From assembly GCA_963575745.1 (NCBI GenBank), contig CAUYUJ010000037.1:434001-498000 (forward strand): a stretch of DNA of 64,000 nucleotides. The letters are read 5' to 3'. Positions 51,701 to 64,000 of the stretch are shown piece after piece (the first letter of the stretch is position 1; each line of letters begins with the position of its first letter). A program made the position numbers and the translations under genes. This DNA is from Prorocentrum cordatum (lineage: Eukaryota). The notes beneath the pieces are model-generated. The model saw only the letters and a program-made list of their open reading frames with translations, was not told the origin of the DNA and searched no databases.

Positions 51701-52980
51701 CGCGCGAAGCGCGCGCGATGGTTCTGAAGAGCTTCTTTGGGCCTCCTCGGAGCATCCTGGACTGCTTCTTGAAGTCGTCATGGGACCTTCTTGGCATGTC
51801 TTCGGGGGCCTCTTAGAAAGAGTTTTGAAGCCTTTTGGGTGCCGTCTTGGGGCCGCTCACAGCCTCTTTGGGGCTTCTTGGGGGCCTCTTGGGGCCTCTT
51901 GGGGGCATCTTGGGGCGGAGAGCTTGATTTTTCGGTTCGCGCTCCCTCTCTTGGGCCTCTTTTGGGGCCTTCTTGGGACCCTTTTGCACTGTTTTTGGCG
52001 GCTCTGGGGCCGTCTCGGGGCTCTCTCGGGCCGTCTTGGGGCTCTCTTGGGGGCCTCTTGTGCCGTCGTGGAGCGGTTTTGGGAGCCTCTTGGCGGCGCT
52101 TTAGCGCCGGAAATACGAAACAGCCAGAATGCAAAAAAAACATTGAGGAAGAAAACACACATCAAAATCAACAATATTTTCCTCTCGGGGCGCTCTTGGG
52201 CGGCATCTTAAAAGCCTCTTGGGGCGTCTTGGGGCCTCCAGGGCAGTTCAAAAGAGGCATCGTGCGTCGCCAGAGACCCCTGGACGGCGTCTTGACGGTG
52301 TCTCGAGACCGTCTGGGGCCGCCGGGATTGCTGTCCGCCGGGGCGCTAGGGCCTCTTGGGGCCTCTTTGGGGCCTCCCGGGGCCCTGTGGAGGCGGGAGG
52401 CTCGAATTTCCGGTTCGCGGTTCCCCTCTTGGGGCCTTCTTGGGGCCTTCTTGGGGGCGTCTTGGGCCTTTCTTCGCCCGTCTTGGGCGCGTCTTGGGCC
52501 GTCTTGGGGCCCTCCAGAGCCGTCTTGAGGCCCTCTTGGAGGCCTCTTGGGCTGTCTTGGGGCGTCCGCGGGGGGCCTTTGAGCCGTCGTGGTTCCTCGG
52601 GGCTGTGTGGGAGCCTCTTGAAGCCTCGTTTGGGCCTCCTGGGTGCCTCTTGGGGGTCTCCTGGGGCCTCTTGGGGCCCCGTTGGGACCTCCCGGGGCCC
52701 TGTGGAGGCGGGAGGCTCGAATTTCCGGTTCGCGGTTCCCCTCTTGGGGCCCTCTTGGGGCCGTCTTGGGCCTCTCTTCGCCCGTCTTGGGCGCGTCTTG
52801 GGCCGTCTTGGGGCCCTCCAGAGCCGTCTTGAGGCCCTCTTGGAGGCCTCTTGGGCTGTCTTGGGGCGTCCGCGGGGGGTCTTTGAGCCGCCGTGGAGCG
52901 TCGGAAAGCTGAAAAGACGGGAAAGGCAAAATGTATCCAAAACCTTCGTAAAATAAACAATTTTGGCCTCTTGGGGCGGT
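45780..52980. repeat. CCAAGA-rich degenerate repeat family; forward to ~51650, reverse (TCTTGG) from ~51730; ~370-bp higher-order unit three times at ~45980-47040
   Basis: Dense ggccccaagagg units. The marker TTTCCCGCCTTTTCAGCTTTCCGACGCTCCACGACGGCTC recurs at ~46024, ~46410 and ~46776 and is reversed at ~52885-52925. Confidence 0.88.
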
Positions 52981-55789
52981 CAATGAAAGAGTTTCTGCGG
53001 TCACCTCCAGCGAGTGTTATCCACGATGCCCCTGCGAGCTGGAGTCTGGAGGTGACTCTTCGCAGAAAGGGGGTGGGCACGCCACCCCTGGGGACCCTCC
53101 CCAGCTCCTCCCGGTGGTAAGAAGAGGAGAGAACTCCATAAGCAGAAGCTTCCGGAGGCCCGCGCGGATTTCTTGCACGGGCGCTGGGCCCCCCCGCGGA
53201 TCTCTTGGATCGTGACCTCGCGCGGTTGCGCAGGAGTGCCGGTGGCGCGGCGCGGCAGAGGGGTGTGGGTCGAGGGTGGGCGGCCTCCTGGGAAAGCATG
53301 GGGCCTCGCGGAAAGGCTCGGAGGCTTCCACGGGGCCCTTTGCCCTCCTTGCAGGGAGCGCGAAAGGCATAAACATAGACTTTGGGGATCGACGCCGGGG
53401 GCGCCGCCAGGAGGGCAGCAAATGAACTCGAGTAGGACAAACTTGGCCTGGTTGACCTTGGCCAGCTGAACCCGGCCTGACAGAACTCGGCCAGGCTGCC
53501 TTTGGCCTTGCTGAACTGGGCCAGGGTGCATTCGGCCGGGGCCGAGGCGAGCCTGGCCGAGTTCAGTTGGCCGAGTTCAGCCTGGTCGAGTTTCGCTTGG
53601 CCGAGTCTTTCTCTTGCCCCCGGGGGCCAGGCGCCGATCCAAGGAATCCGCGCGGACCTCCGAAAGCGAGTGTTGTTGCCATTCTTCCTGCCTCCGGTGG
53701 TGGTGCTTGTCGGCTCCCCCTACGCCCACAGGCCCGGAGGCTGCCGCAGGCGCAGATGACGACGGGGCAGCGGCTGCCGGCGGGGCCGGGAGTGGTGCAG
53801 GGTCGCCCCGCTCTTTGGTGCCGCCAGTGCTGCCCCGAAGGCGAGGTCAGAAGGGGGCGGGCTCGAATAGAGGGGTCCGACGGAGGCAACATTTGCATAC
53901 ACCTCAGCTTTCGACCGTCCCCGCGGATGTCTCGGATCTGCGCTGGAGCGCCCTGGCGGCGCCTCCGTGGCCGCCCCTGGCCCACGTCTGGCTGCCCAGC
54001 TCGAACACATCCCCATCTTCCTCGGCAGCCCCGCGCCCCGAGTGGGTCGATGATCCTCAGGACGCGCGTTCGCCCGATGCTCGTTTTCCCTCGCCCAGCT
54101 TCGCCGAGAGGGCGCAGCTTTGGTCGGCCCTCGTGACACCGCATGCGTCGTATTGCAGGGTTTCGGTGGAAGCGCACGCGTTGGCGCTAACACGCGTTCC
54201 GATGATCATCGAGTGGGGGCTCGGCCTGCTCATGAGCGGCTGCAAGGGGCACGGCCTGCGGACGAGGCTGGCAGGCCGTGCCCCGCGCTCTGCAGGTGTT
54301 GCGTGCTGCTCCCGCCCCGGATGTCCGGACCACACAGGAAGCCCGCGGATGCCAGAGGCCTCGGGATGTCCGACGAGAGCCAAGGTCGCTCCAAGCTCGC
54401 GCCAGCCCCGAGGCCTCGGCGCGCAGATCCCCCCCCCACGCCTCATCACTTGGTGCCTGGCCGCAGCGGCGCCAAGACAGAGAGCGCGCGCGGCGGCCGC
54501 GCTTTCAGTGCAGCGCAGGAGGAGGAAGCCTTTGCGTTAGGAGGCACAAAGAGGTCCCCCCCCCCTCGGCACTCAAGAGTCGAAGGCCAAGCTTGGCACC
54601 CAGAAGGAGCCGAAGCGTGCGTCGGCGACGACAGGCTTCCAGGACCCCCCCTCCCCCAGGGATGGTATGGACGTCCCAAACCCCCGATCTTCGATCCTCC
54701 CTCTCATCCTCTTCCTCCATTTGCAGCTCATGGAATGTTCGATTCAGCATCGAAGGTGGCGTTGCCGCGGTCGAAGACTGCCCTAGTCTGACCCTGCCCC
54801 GCCTCATCCCTCGCTGACACCTGTTCAGCTAGATCCGGATGGACGCTGGACTAAATCCGGGCTGATCCGGCGCTGTGGCCCGTGCATCGGCCTGAAAACG
54901 AGTTTACGAAACCTATGAGAAGTTGCCTCGTCCTCCTCCTCCTCCTCCTCCTCCTCCTCCTCCTCCTCATCATCATCATCATCATCATCATCCTCCTTCC
55001 TTGTCCAGCAGGCGCGTCCCGAAGTCTTCGGCTGCAAAGGCCGATCCTCGTGCGCCGCTAGTGTACTTAACTCAGCCACGCACCAGAGGCGTCGTTCGTT
55101 CGTTCATCCCCCCTCCCGCCCTCCTCCTCATCCTCCTTTATTGTCCTCGAGGCGCCGCTCGCAGAACGACTAAGGATGGCGCCTGCGAGCTTTTGCGAGG
55201 AAGCGATCCACCGCGTAGTCGTGCTTTCTTTGGATGCGATTATCGGCGTGACTTGTCCGCGCGCGAATGCAGTGAGTGTGACGAGCAGGCCGACAGAACG
55301 ACCCTGCGGCCCGCGCGCCACCAGCTGGAGCTAGCGCTGCCTCGAGTCGAGCAGATGTCGCGAGCGCGGCGCGAAACCACATCGAGCGAATGTTCTTTGG
55401 GGGGCACCCCAGACATCCGATGTCCTGTTTTTGCAGCGCGCGGCCCGCAGCACTCGCGACCCCGTTCCCCAGGGCCCGCTTTTCACCCCGAGTCTTTTTG
55501 CTGCTCGGCCCCGACACCCGGCGAGGCCTCCCGGAGGCCGAAATCGACGAAAGACTTCCGGTCTGATTTTTCCACGACGCGGACAAAGGCCGGGCGCCCT
55601 CTTCATAAGGGAGAGAGCGTTATCCGCCGCCGCTTCACTGTGGAAAATTGCCCCCCCCCCTCTTCCTCCGGAACCCGGATGTTCCCCCCCCCCCCTCCGA
55701 AAATCCCCCCCCCCCCCCCTGCTGGACCCCCCCCCCCCCCCCTTCCCCTCCCCCGGCCAAAACCCCCCTCCCCTACCCCCCCCCCCCCT

Positions 55790-56720
55790 CATCGAAAACT
55801 GGAGGGGGTCACTACCGGTTCGAACCCCCCCCCCCCCCCTCGAAAACCGAAGGAGGGGGGACATCACCGGCTCGAACCCGTCCCCACCCCCCTCCGCACC
55901 GCCAGCAAACGACTCCCAGTCCCTACCACCCTCCGCACCACATCCCCCACTTGTTCCCAGCACCACTGTCCTCACCACCACTGTCCCCACTGGTTCCACC
56001 ACCGTCCCTACCACTGTCGCACTGTCCCGATTGTCCCCACCACTGTTCCCACCACGATTCCACTCCCCCCACTTTCTCCACGGCCCCAACCACTGCCCGA
56101 CTATCCCCACTGTCCCCACTGTCCCACTGACTCCTCCGCTGTCCCACTGAGCTGTCCCACTGTTCCCACCACTGTCCCCACTGTCCCCACCACTGTCCCC
56201 ACTGTACCTCTGTCCCATTGTCCCACCGCCGTCCTCGCCACCGCCTTCACCACTGTCCCCACCACCACTGTACCCTCCACTGTCCCACTGTTTCCACCAC
56301 ATTCCCACTGTCCCCACACCACTGTCCCCACCACCACCGTCCCCACCACTGTCCCACTGTCCCCACTGTTCCCACCATTGTCCTCACCACTGTCCCCACT
56401 ACCACCGTCCCCACCACCATCCCACTGTCCCCACCACTGTCCTGCTGTCCCCTCACCACTGTCCCCACCACCACAGTCCCCACCACTGTCCGCACCCCCC
56501 CCGGTTTTCGAGGGGGGGGGGTTCGAACCGGTAGTGACGCCCCCGGTTTTCGGTTTTCGAAGGGGGGGCGGGGGGGGGATCGAACCGGTAGTGACCCCCC
56601 CGTCCTTTTCATGATGGACTGGGGGGGGGGGTTCGAATCGGTAGTGACCCCCCCCCCCGGTTTTTCGGAGGGGGGGAGGGGGGAGGGGTTCGAACCGGTA
56701 GTGACCCCCCCCGGTTTTCC
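55790..56720. repeat. CCCCACTGT minisatellite flanked by inverted arrays of GTCACTACCGGTTCGAACC
   Basis: Forward motif at ~55808 and ~55862; four reverse copies at ~56520, ~56578, ~56630 and ~56687. Confidence 0.85.
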
Positions 56721-56745
56721 GCCAGCAGCGGTAGAACACGCTCTT

Positions 56746-56934
56746 GGAACGAAGATGACATGAACATAACAACTCGGAGGTGCGCGCGGATTTCTCGGAT
56801 CGGCGCTGGGGCCCCCTGGCGGCGCCTCTGGCGCCGCCCCTGGCGCGCTCCGCGCGCCAGGGAGGGGGTCCAGCGCCGATCCGAGAAATCCGCGCGGACC
56901 TCCGAGTTGTCATGTTTATGCCATCCTTCGTTCC
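56746..56934. mobile_element. MITE-like fold-back element with ~65-bp imperfect TIRs
   Basis: GGAACGAAGATGACATGAACATAACAACTCGGAG...GCGCGGATTTCTCGGATCGGCGCTGG pairs with CCAGCGCCGATCCGAGAAATCCGCGCG...CTCCGAGTTGTCATGTTTATGCCATCCTTCGTTCC. Related decayed copies occur nearby. Confidence 0.7.
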
Positions 56935-59344
56935 CCTATGCATTGCCTTGGTCCTGGAAGGAGCCGCGTGGCCGTCGTGGCGGGGCTCTGCGGCGTCGCG
57001 CTGGTGGCCGTCGGCGGGCTCGCGCGGGCCGTCGGGCGCGGCGGGCGGGGCGCGCTGGGCGGCGGCGATGGCCAGGCCGCGAGGCGGCGGCGGGGCGGAA
57101 GCAGCCCTGCCGGCCCACCTTCCCTTCACGAGCGCTCGGTCGGGGGTCCCCAGACGGGGTGGTGACCACACCGTGCGGTGAGTCGGTGGGGATTCGGGCT
57201 CACCGCACGGTTTTGGGACTGGGGTCGTTCTCCGAGGATGTATGGGGCGACAGGGGCCTCCAGGGTCCCAAGACCGTGCGGTGGCGGACCGTGCGGTGAG
57301 GTCTTGGGGGGCTTCGAAGTCACCGCACCGTTTCGGGACTCCAAAGCTCGGGGCTCACGCAGCGGGGGTCCGCGCCTACGGGGGTCAGCCAAGCCGCTCT
57401 GGCGGGCCCAGGTTTCGGAGCCACGTGGTGCCGACTCCCTCTGTCCGCCCTCCGCTGGCTTGGGCCTGTGGGCTACTGAGCGGCTGGCCGGGCTTCGCGA
57501 CAGGGCCGACCTGGGTTTGGGCTGACCCGGGCTAGCGCGTCCACGAGAGCGCGGGGATCGACTAACACGTTGTTCTGGCCCGCTGGCTGATGGACAAAAT
57601 CCAGCACGGCCCGCACGGCCCGCTCAAAGTTCAACGCGCCCCCCTGCCCCCGATTCAATGTTGCTTGGCATGGCCAGCAGGGCGCAGTTTTTTGGCCAGT
57701 CGGCGGATCGACACATCGTGGCGCAGCCCTCCAATATTTGATTGGGTGCGCGGGAGGGTGCTCACCAACATCAGCATAAGAAGTGCAGGATGTTGTCCAT
57801 CAGCCAGCCCTCCTTCATGAGCGCGCGGGTCGACTAAAACATTGTTTTGGCAAATTCTTGGACTGGTTGCGTGCTATCTTCCTTTAGTTGTTGTTGCTCT
57901 CCTTCCAGGGCCCACCATTGGCTGGTCACGACTTCGAATTTACCCCAAAGCGTTTGTTGGGGTAGTCTCTCGGACTGCTGGCGTCAGCAACGCTGTAACA
58001 TAAGACGGAACGGACGCGCAAAGCGCTGTTGTTTGTCGATTATGTTCATGAGCGACGAGCATCCCCATAATATGTAACAGTAATTGTGATAGCAATAACA
58101 CTCTAGTGTTAGTGATAGTAGTCATAGAAAAACAATAATAGTATTGGTGATAACAGCAATGATCTCCATCGCAGGGCAACGCGCGGAGTAGACAGAAACT
58201 CTCGGAGTTCCGCGCGGATCTCTTGGGTCGGCGTTGGGCCCCCCGACGGCATTCCCGGCGCCGGCCCAGGCGCACTCCGCGCGCCCAGGAAAGGGGATCC
58301 AGCGCCGATGCGGGAAGTCCTCGAGATTTCGGGGAGTCTACGTCGTGAAAGTCGTTGCGTTGCCTCGGAGGTCCACGTCGTGCAAGTCGCTGCGTTGCCT
58401 CGGAGGGAGAGCGGGGTGGACAACGAGGGGAGTGAGGGCATGGTGGGGCGGCCGCACGCCATGGGGACAGCGGGGCGGCGGCCGGAGGGCGTGGGGGGCG
58501 AGGGCGGGCGAGGGGGATGCGAGGTGGGGACAGCGTTGTCTGCTGCTGGGGCTCACCTGGCGCGGCTCCGCCTCAGCCAGCCGTCTTGTGGAGAAAGGGG
58601 ATGCGGGCACACTGAACAGGTGCCACGCAAGAACGCCCGCTGCCGCTCCGAGCCACCTCCATGCGAGCCGCCCCACAGGAGGCGCCCCCGTCTTTCAGAG
58701 GGGCCCGTAGAGGGGGGAAAGAGCAGGAGGGGGAGAGGGAGGAGGGGGAGAACGACGACGACGACGACAACGACGAACACGACTTCGATTTCGACTTCGA
58801 TGACGACTTCGACTTCGATGACGACGCTTTCGATGCTCTGCAAATGGCCTGGGTCCCAGGTTTCGCCAGCCTCGGCCACGGAGGGGCGCGAGAGTCGAAG
58901 AATAGTTGCGTAAACATGAATTTTGTGAGCTCCGCGCGGGCGCTGCCCTGAGCGCCTGAGGCACCGCCAGGGAGGGGGGTACAGAGAGCAGATCCCAGAA
59001 ATCCCCGCGGTTCTCTAACAGTTTGTGTTCAGAAATGCGCGTTCTGTGGGCGTTTGGAGGGGGGGGTCCGGAACCGGGCCCTCCCCCCTCCAGGTTTGAG
59101 GGGGGAGCGGTTCGAACCCCCCCCCCAGACCGATGGGGGGTTCGAACGCCCCCCCACCCCACCGCGGGCCTGCGCTGGCGCCGGCGGCGGCCCCCTGCCC
59201 CTCCTGAGCCGGCGCCAGCGCCACGCGCCAGCTGTCGGCGGCGGTGGGGAGCGTCGACGAGACGACGATTCAAGAAGAGGGGAGGGGGGGTTCGGCCGCC
59301 CCCCTCCCTTCCTCCAGTCCGGCGCCGGCGCCAGAGCCGGCTGG

Positions 59345-59441
59345 CGGCGACGGCGGCGACGACGGCGCCGACGACGACGAGGACGACGACGACGACGGCG
59401 ACGGCGACAACAACCACGAGCACGACGAACGACGACAGCCA

Positions 59442-59479
<38 letters not shown>

Positions 59480-59665
59480 ACGCCGACGAGCACGACGACG
59501 ACGACAGCGACGACGACGGCGACGACGACGACAAGGCACGACGACCACGATGGCGACGACGACGTCGACGTTGACGACAAAGACGACGACAACGATGACG
59601 ACGATGACGACGACGACGAGCACGACGACGACGACGACGACGACGATTGCGACAAAGTTGGGGAC

Positions 59666-59717
<52 letters not shown>

Positions 59718-59814
59718 ACAAGCACGGAGACGACCACCACGACGACGACGACGACGACGACGACAACGACAACGACGGCGACGACGGCGACGAGCACGAC
59801 GACGACGACGACAG

Positions 59815-59887
<73 letters not shown>

Positions 59888-59900
59888 TTGACGACGACGT

Positions 59901-59941
<41 letters not shown>

Positions 59942-60139
59942 ATGACGACGACCGCGACGACAGCGACGACGGCGACGATGGCGACCACGACGAAGACGAG
60001 CATGACGACGACGGCTACGAGTATGGCGACAACGACGACGGCGACGACGGCGACAAGCACGACGAAGACGGTGGCGACGACGACGACGATGACGACGACG
60101 ACGACGACAACGGCGACGACGACGACGACGACGACGATT

Positions 60140-60213
<74 letters not shown>

Positions 60214-60240
60214 TACGACGGTGCCGAGGACGACGACGGA
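59345..60240. repeat. (GAC)n imperfect microsatellite
   Basis: Seen directly. Confidence 0.96.
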
Positions 60241-63200
60241 AAGCGCGGGAGGCACGCGACGCATCGCGAAGTATATTTATATTTGAAGGCTGGGCCCGTC
60301 AATGCGGCACTTAGGGCCGAGGGCAGAGCATTACAAGGACCTTGTCGTCGCCATCGTCTTCGTCCTGGTCATCGTCGCCGCGTCGCCACCGCCGGCGCTG
60401 ACAGGTGGCGCCCGGGGGGGGGGGTATTCGGGGAGCTGGGTGGGGAGGGGGGGCAGAAGGGAAGACCCCCTGGTTCTGTTCGGCGGCGCTGAATGTTCGG
60501 GAGGGGTCGGGGCCGTTTCAAACGCGCCGCCGAATGTTCCCGAGGCAGGCGCCCTTGAAGCGCACTTTGTGTTACGTTTATAGCGTTGCTTCTTTGTCCA
60601 GAGCTCGCATGGGAGCACGCGTCAGTCCTGATTTCCAGCTCAGCTGTGCCAGCGTTGCCTCGTAGACTGTCGGAGAGAGGGCGGAAGCGCCCAGGGCCTG
60701 CTGACTCCTTCGAGCTTGTTGGCCTGGCCACGGCTCCAGAGACGCGGGTTGGAGCGAGACCTGGCCCCCAACAGGATCGGCGATCGACGAGCGCGCGCCG
60801 CGCCCAAGCGGGAGCGCCACTCTCAGGAACGAGCTGCGCGATGCTGATGGGGGGAACCACACGTCGCTTTTCCGCGGACGGCGAAACGCACGCCGCGCTC
60901 CAGCGCGTCGTTTGGGCGAGACTTGCGTTTCGCCTCGTCGGTCGTTTGCGACGTGCGCCTCGTACCAGTGCTTCAGCGCCGCGTCGACGATCAAAGCATA
61001 GACAGCATATCGATGCGACGAGCAGCTACCTGGTAGGACGGAAGGGCCCGCTTGGGGCCGCGATGATGATAGAGAGATGAAGGGAGGGAGGGCGACGAGG
61101 AGTAAGCACGCGGAGGACCCACAGTTCTGGTGCTTTGATTTCGTCAGTACGGACATTTCCCCAGGGCCGTCTTCATCCTGATTTTTTACGGCCCTGGAGC
61201 CTGGCGAAGGCCATCAGAGGCCGAGAATGGCGAAAACCTCCCGCATCGTGTTTGCATCACCGCCTTGGTTTCTTGGCCATCCGGGCCCCCCTGGAATGCC
61301 CTCAGCAAGGCGCAGCTGTTGGAAAGCACCCCGGGCTCAGAAAATGTCCGGAAATCTGCCCGCACCCCAATGTCATGATCTTTTAATGACGGGGACCCCA
61401 ATTGGTCTGGACCCCCTTCCCGGGGACCAGTTTTTATCCCCCGGTCGTTTATGACGCTCCCAGGGCCCGACGAGGGCCCCCAGACGCGAAAGTTACTGTT
61501 CTTTTTCACGGCGCGAGGAGGCTTGGGTGGGCAACCCATGAACCATTTGCTGGAGACCAGCAGCAGCAGCAGCGGGCCACTACACTCCAAACCACTTTTA
61601 CCTAACCCGAAGACCCCATGTCGCCGTCCATTCCCACCGGGGGCACATTCCGCAACGCCTTGTCGGTCCAGGGGCCGTCGTGAAGTAGAGCACGGGAATA
61701 AGCACGCATGGGGACAGCATATCTTGAAATATTGCAAGAAGACATAAATAAGAACCGTCGGGAGTTCGCCAGAAAAGGAAAGGGTATTCCAGGACTTTCG
61801 AGACAAAGAAAAATTTGAACCCGTATACCCTCAACCCGAAATGTGGGACTTCGGGTTGGGTGGGGGTGGTCTGGTAGGCAGTGAGCAGGGGGGCATCTCC
61901 CCGCCGCCCCCGCGAGGGATCCGACGGCGCCCTCCGACGCCACCTTCCTCCTCAGCGTCCAGCGCCCCCAGGGCCTCCACCACGAGGTGGGATGGGGGGC
62001 AGGGGCGTGACCAATAAAATCGGCATCGCCCAAGCAAACTAATATGATGCGTGCGTCTGTATCCCAGGGGCGACGCGCGCGCTGAGAAGTCTTCATGTAT
62101 GTGATAATTGGTGGGCGTTTTCTGGCCAGACCGTCTGGGTAGCGATATACCGTGAGACTGCTGTACTAGATGATCTGGTCGGACGCACACCTCCAATGAG
62201 GACACATAGTGCTAGTATGGCCTTCTGCGTCACATGGTACTCGAGCGACGGCAGAAAGCGAGGTCGACAGCGCCGACATTCGCGCGCAAGTTCCCCGCGT
62301 GCGGTCGCGCGTAGGCGCACTCTTCTCCACGCGGTGTGCCGTGCAGGCGGCCCGCGAAAGCCGCGGCGTAAGGTCGACATGCCTTCTCGCGGAATGACCC
62401 GCTTCTACTCGCCCACTTGGTATGGTGTTCGCCTCTGCCAGCGCGCACAGGATGGTGGACATCCTTCGGGGCAGGCTCAAGAGCGGGAGACGCTCGACGA
62501 ATCTGTACACGTTTTCGGGCGCGAAGGCCCGTGTACCTCAGGGCATACACGTGCGGCTCCCACTGGGGGGGGGGGGGGTCCGCGGGAGCGGCAGCTCTCG
62601 CGCCCTCCAGGGGCAGGGCTTGTGGAGACATCCGCGGCCCCCCCTCCCCCACCCGCCTCTGCCACTCTTCCCTTCCCCGGGGATCTGGGCGTTGCAGCCT
62701 TATCGCGCTGGGCGTTTTCGCCAGGTCTCGGGTCCCGGGACCATCACACATCCGTGCCGCAGAAATATGGTCGGGTCGGGGGCTCCAGTTTCGATATTCT
62801 GCGATGTTGCAGTTTTTGTCGCAACGTCGGATCGCAGGGTTCCCCTCCCTTGATTTGCACGACCCAGAAAGTCGATGTCTATAGATGTTTCAATATTCCC
62901 TCTCGCATTGCGATGCGTTCGTTGTTCGCCCCCATGCTCTTCCCAGCAACTGCTGGCCTGATTCATTGTCATAGTTTGGGCTCTCGCGCCACCCTCCTGA
63001 TATGTTGCTTTACGCGCTCATCTGTTGTACCCAGTCTCGGCGTTATGCTTCGTTTTTCTGTCATGTGCAGAGCTAGCTATTCAGCGCGATTTTCATGTGT
63101 ATTCAACTTTCGATGTCATGCTTACGTTTCTGGGCATGCTGCAATGGTGGATTGCACAGAACTGCCATGCCATGCATTGTCTCCATGGTATGCGTAGCTT

Positions 63201-64000
63201 CAGAATTTCCATGAGCACGGGTATTAATATACTCTCGCTTCGTTGTAACATGTAGATGTTCGTATTCAGTTCCCCGCCCTCCTTCCCTACACCTGTTCCT
63301 CCCGCCCCTCCTCCTCCTTCCCCCCTCGTCTTACTGTTCCGTGCTCACTAGAGCCATGAATTTTCACTGAAGGCAAACATGTTTCACTGAAGGCAGAACT
63401 TGTTCATTGAATGTACTTTTGCAATGTGCTCACTGAAGAAACATTTTTCTCGCTGAAGGCATGCCTTCAGAAAAGTGATGTCTGCTGCTCGCCGCCGTCG
63501 TCGTCCTCACTCATCTCCTCACGTGGGCTATGGGCCATGTGCTCCCTTTCGAGGGATCCAAATCCTAGTCCCGCTGCCACGAGTTCGCCTGTCACTGCAG
63601 ACCTGCCCCCGCCCCCCCCCCCCCCGAAGGCCTCCGACCGCAGAAGCCAGCTGAAGCCCTGCACGTTTGTCACGTCCGCGGACCACAAGGCCACCTGGCA
63701 CTCGCAAAAGTGGTGATAGGCCCGCCCGTCAGGGGCAACCTTGGGCGGGGATAGGCTCAGGGGTCGATCGATGTGCAGGTTTTCTGACGTTTTCGTCGAT
63801 TCGCGGCGGTTCTCCGTCCTCGGAGTGCCTTCCAGCGGCTGCGCCTCGCCGAGGCGTTCCGGGGTTGTCCGGATCGTCCCGAACGGCCGCCGGAGAGCCG
63901 AGTTCTGGCCCGAAAGCCCGGGGCAACGTCCCCCAATCGACCAGTCATCGCCGATAAGGGCCCGATAGCCCGCCCAGGACCGTACGGTTTCGCCATCGGG

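Noticed and set aside
45780..53000. Numerous Pro/Arg/Gly-rich ORFs
   Set aside because: GC-rich CCAAGA repeats are open in most frames, and no domain motifs were recognised.
59054..60492. Poly-Asp/Thr/Arg ORFs
   Set aside because: Translation of a (GAC)n microsatellite.

Overview
Eukaryotic, repeat-dominated DNA that is almost certainly dinoflagellate, because full-length dinoflagellate spliced-leader (DinoSL) relics are present. The high GC and the satellite types would fit a Prorocentrum-like genome, but that is inference. Most of the ORF track is spurious translation of microsatellites (GTA, CCT, GAC, CA/TA) and degenerate minisatellites. The main content has four parts. (1) A decayed LINE with endonuclease, RT and RNase H remnants (1-5487), plus an RTE-like LINE 3' fragment (~9060-10320). 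(2) A 9.25-kb element bounded by terminal inverted repeats (12265-21516). Its internal TACGAAACATA minisatellite is split by a 7-kb intronless insert (13734-20750) with an apparent 16-bp target-site duplication and a short A-tail. The insert encodes a decayed ~2,100-aa membrane polyprotein laid out like an enveloped-virus structural polyprotein, with no polymerase seen. This is the best candidate for an undescribed system. (3) A 3-copy tandem array (33937-45382) of a processed retrogene with a 22-nt SL relic, a second nested relic, poly(A) and a 23-bp TSD. It encodes a type II membrane vWD-like plus DUF616/TOD1-like glycosyltransferase, and only the middle copy is intact. (4) Many fold-back, MITE-like and palindromic structures inside the satellites. 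Protein family calls rest on motif recognition by eye, not on database searches.
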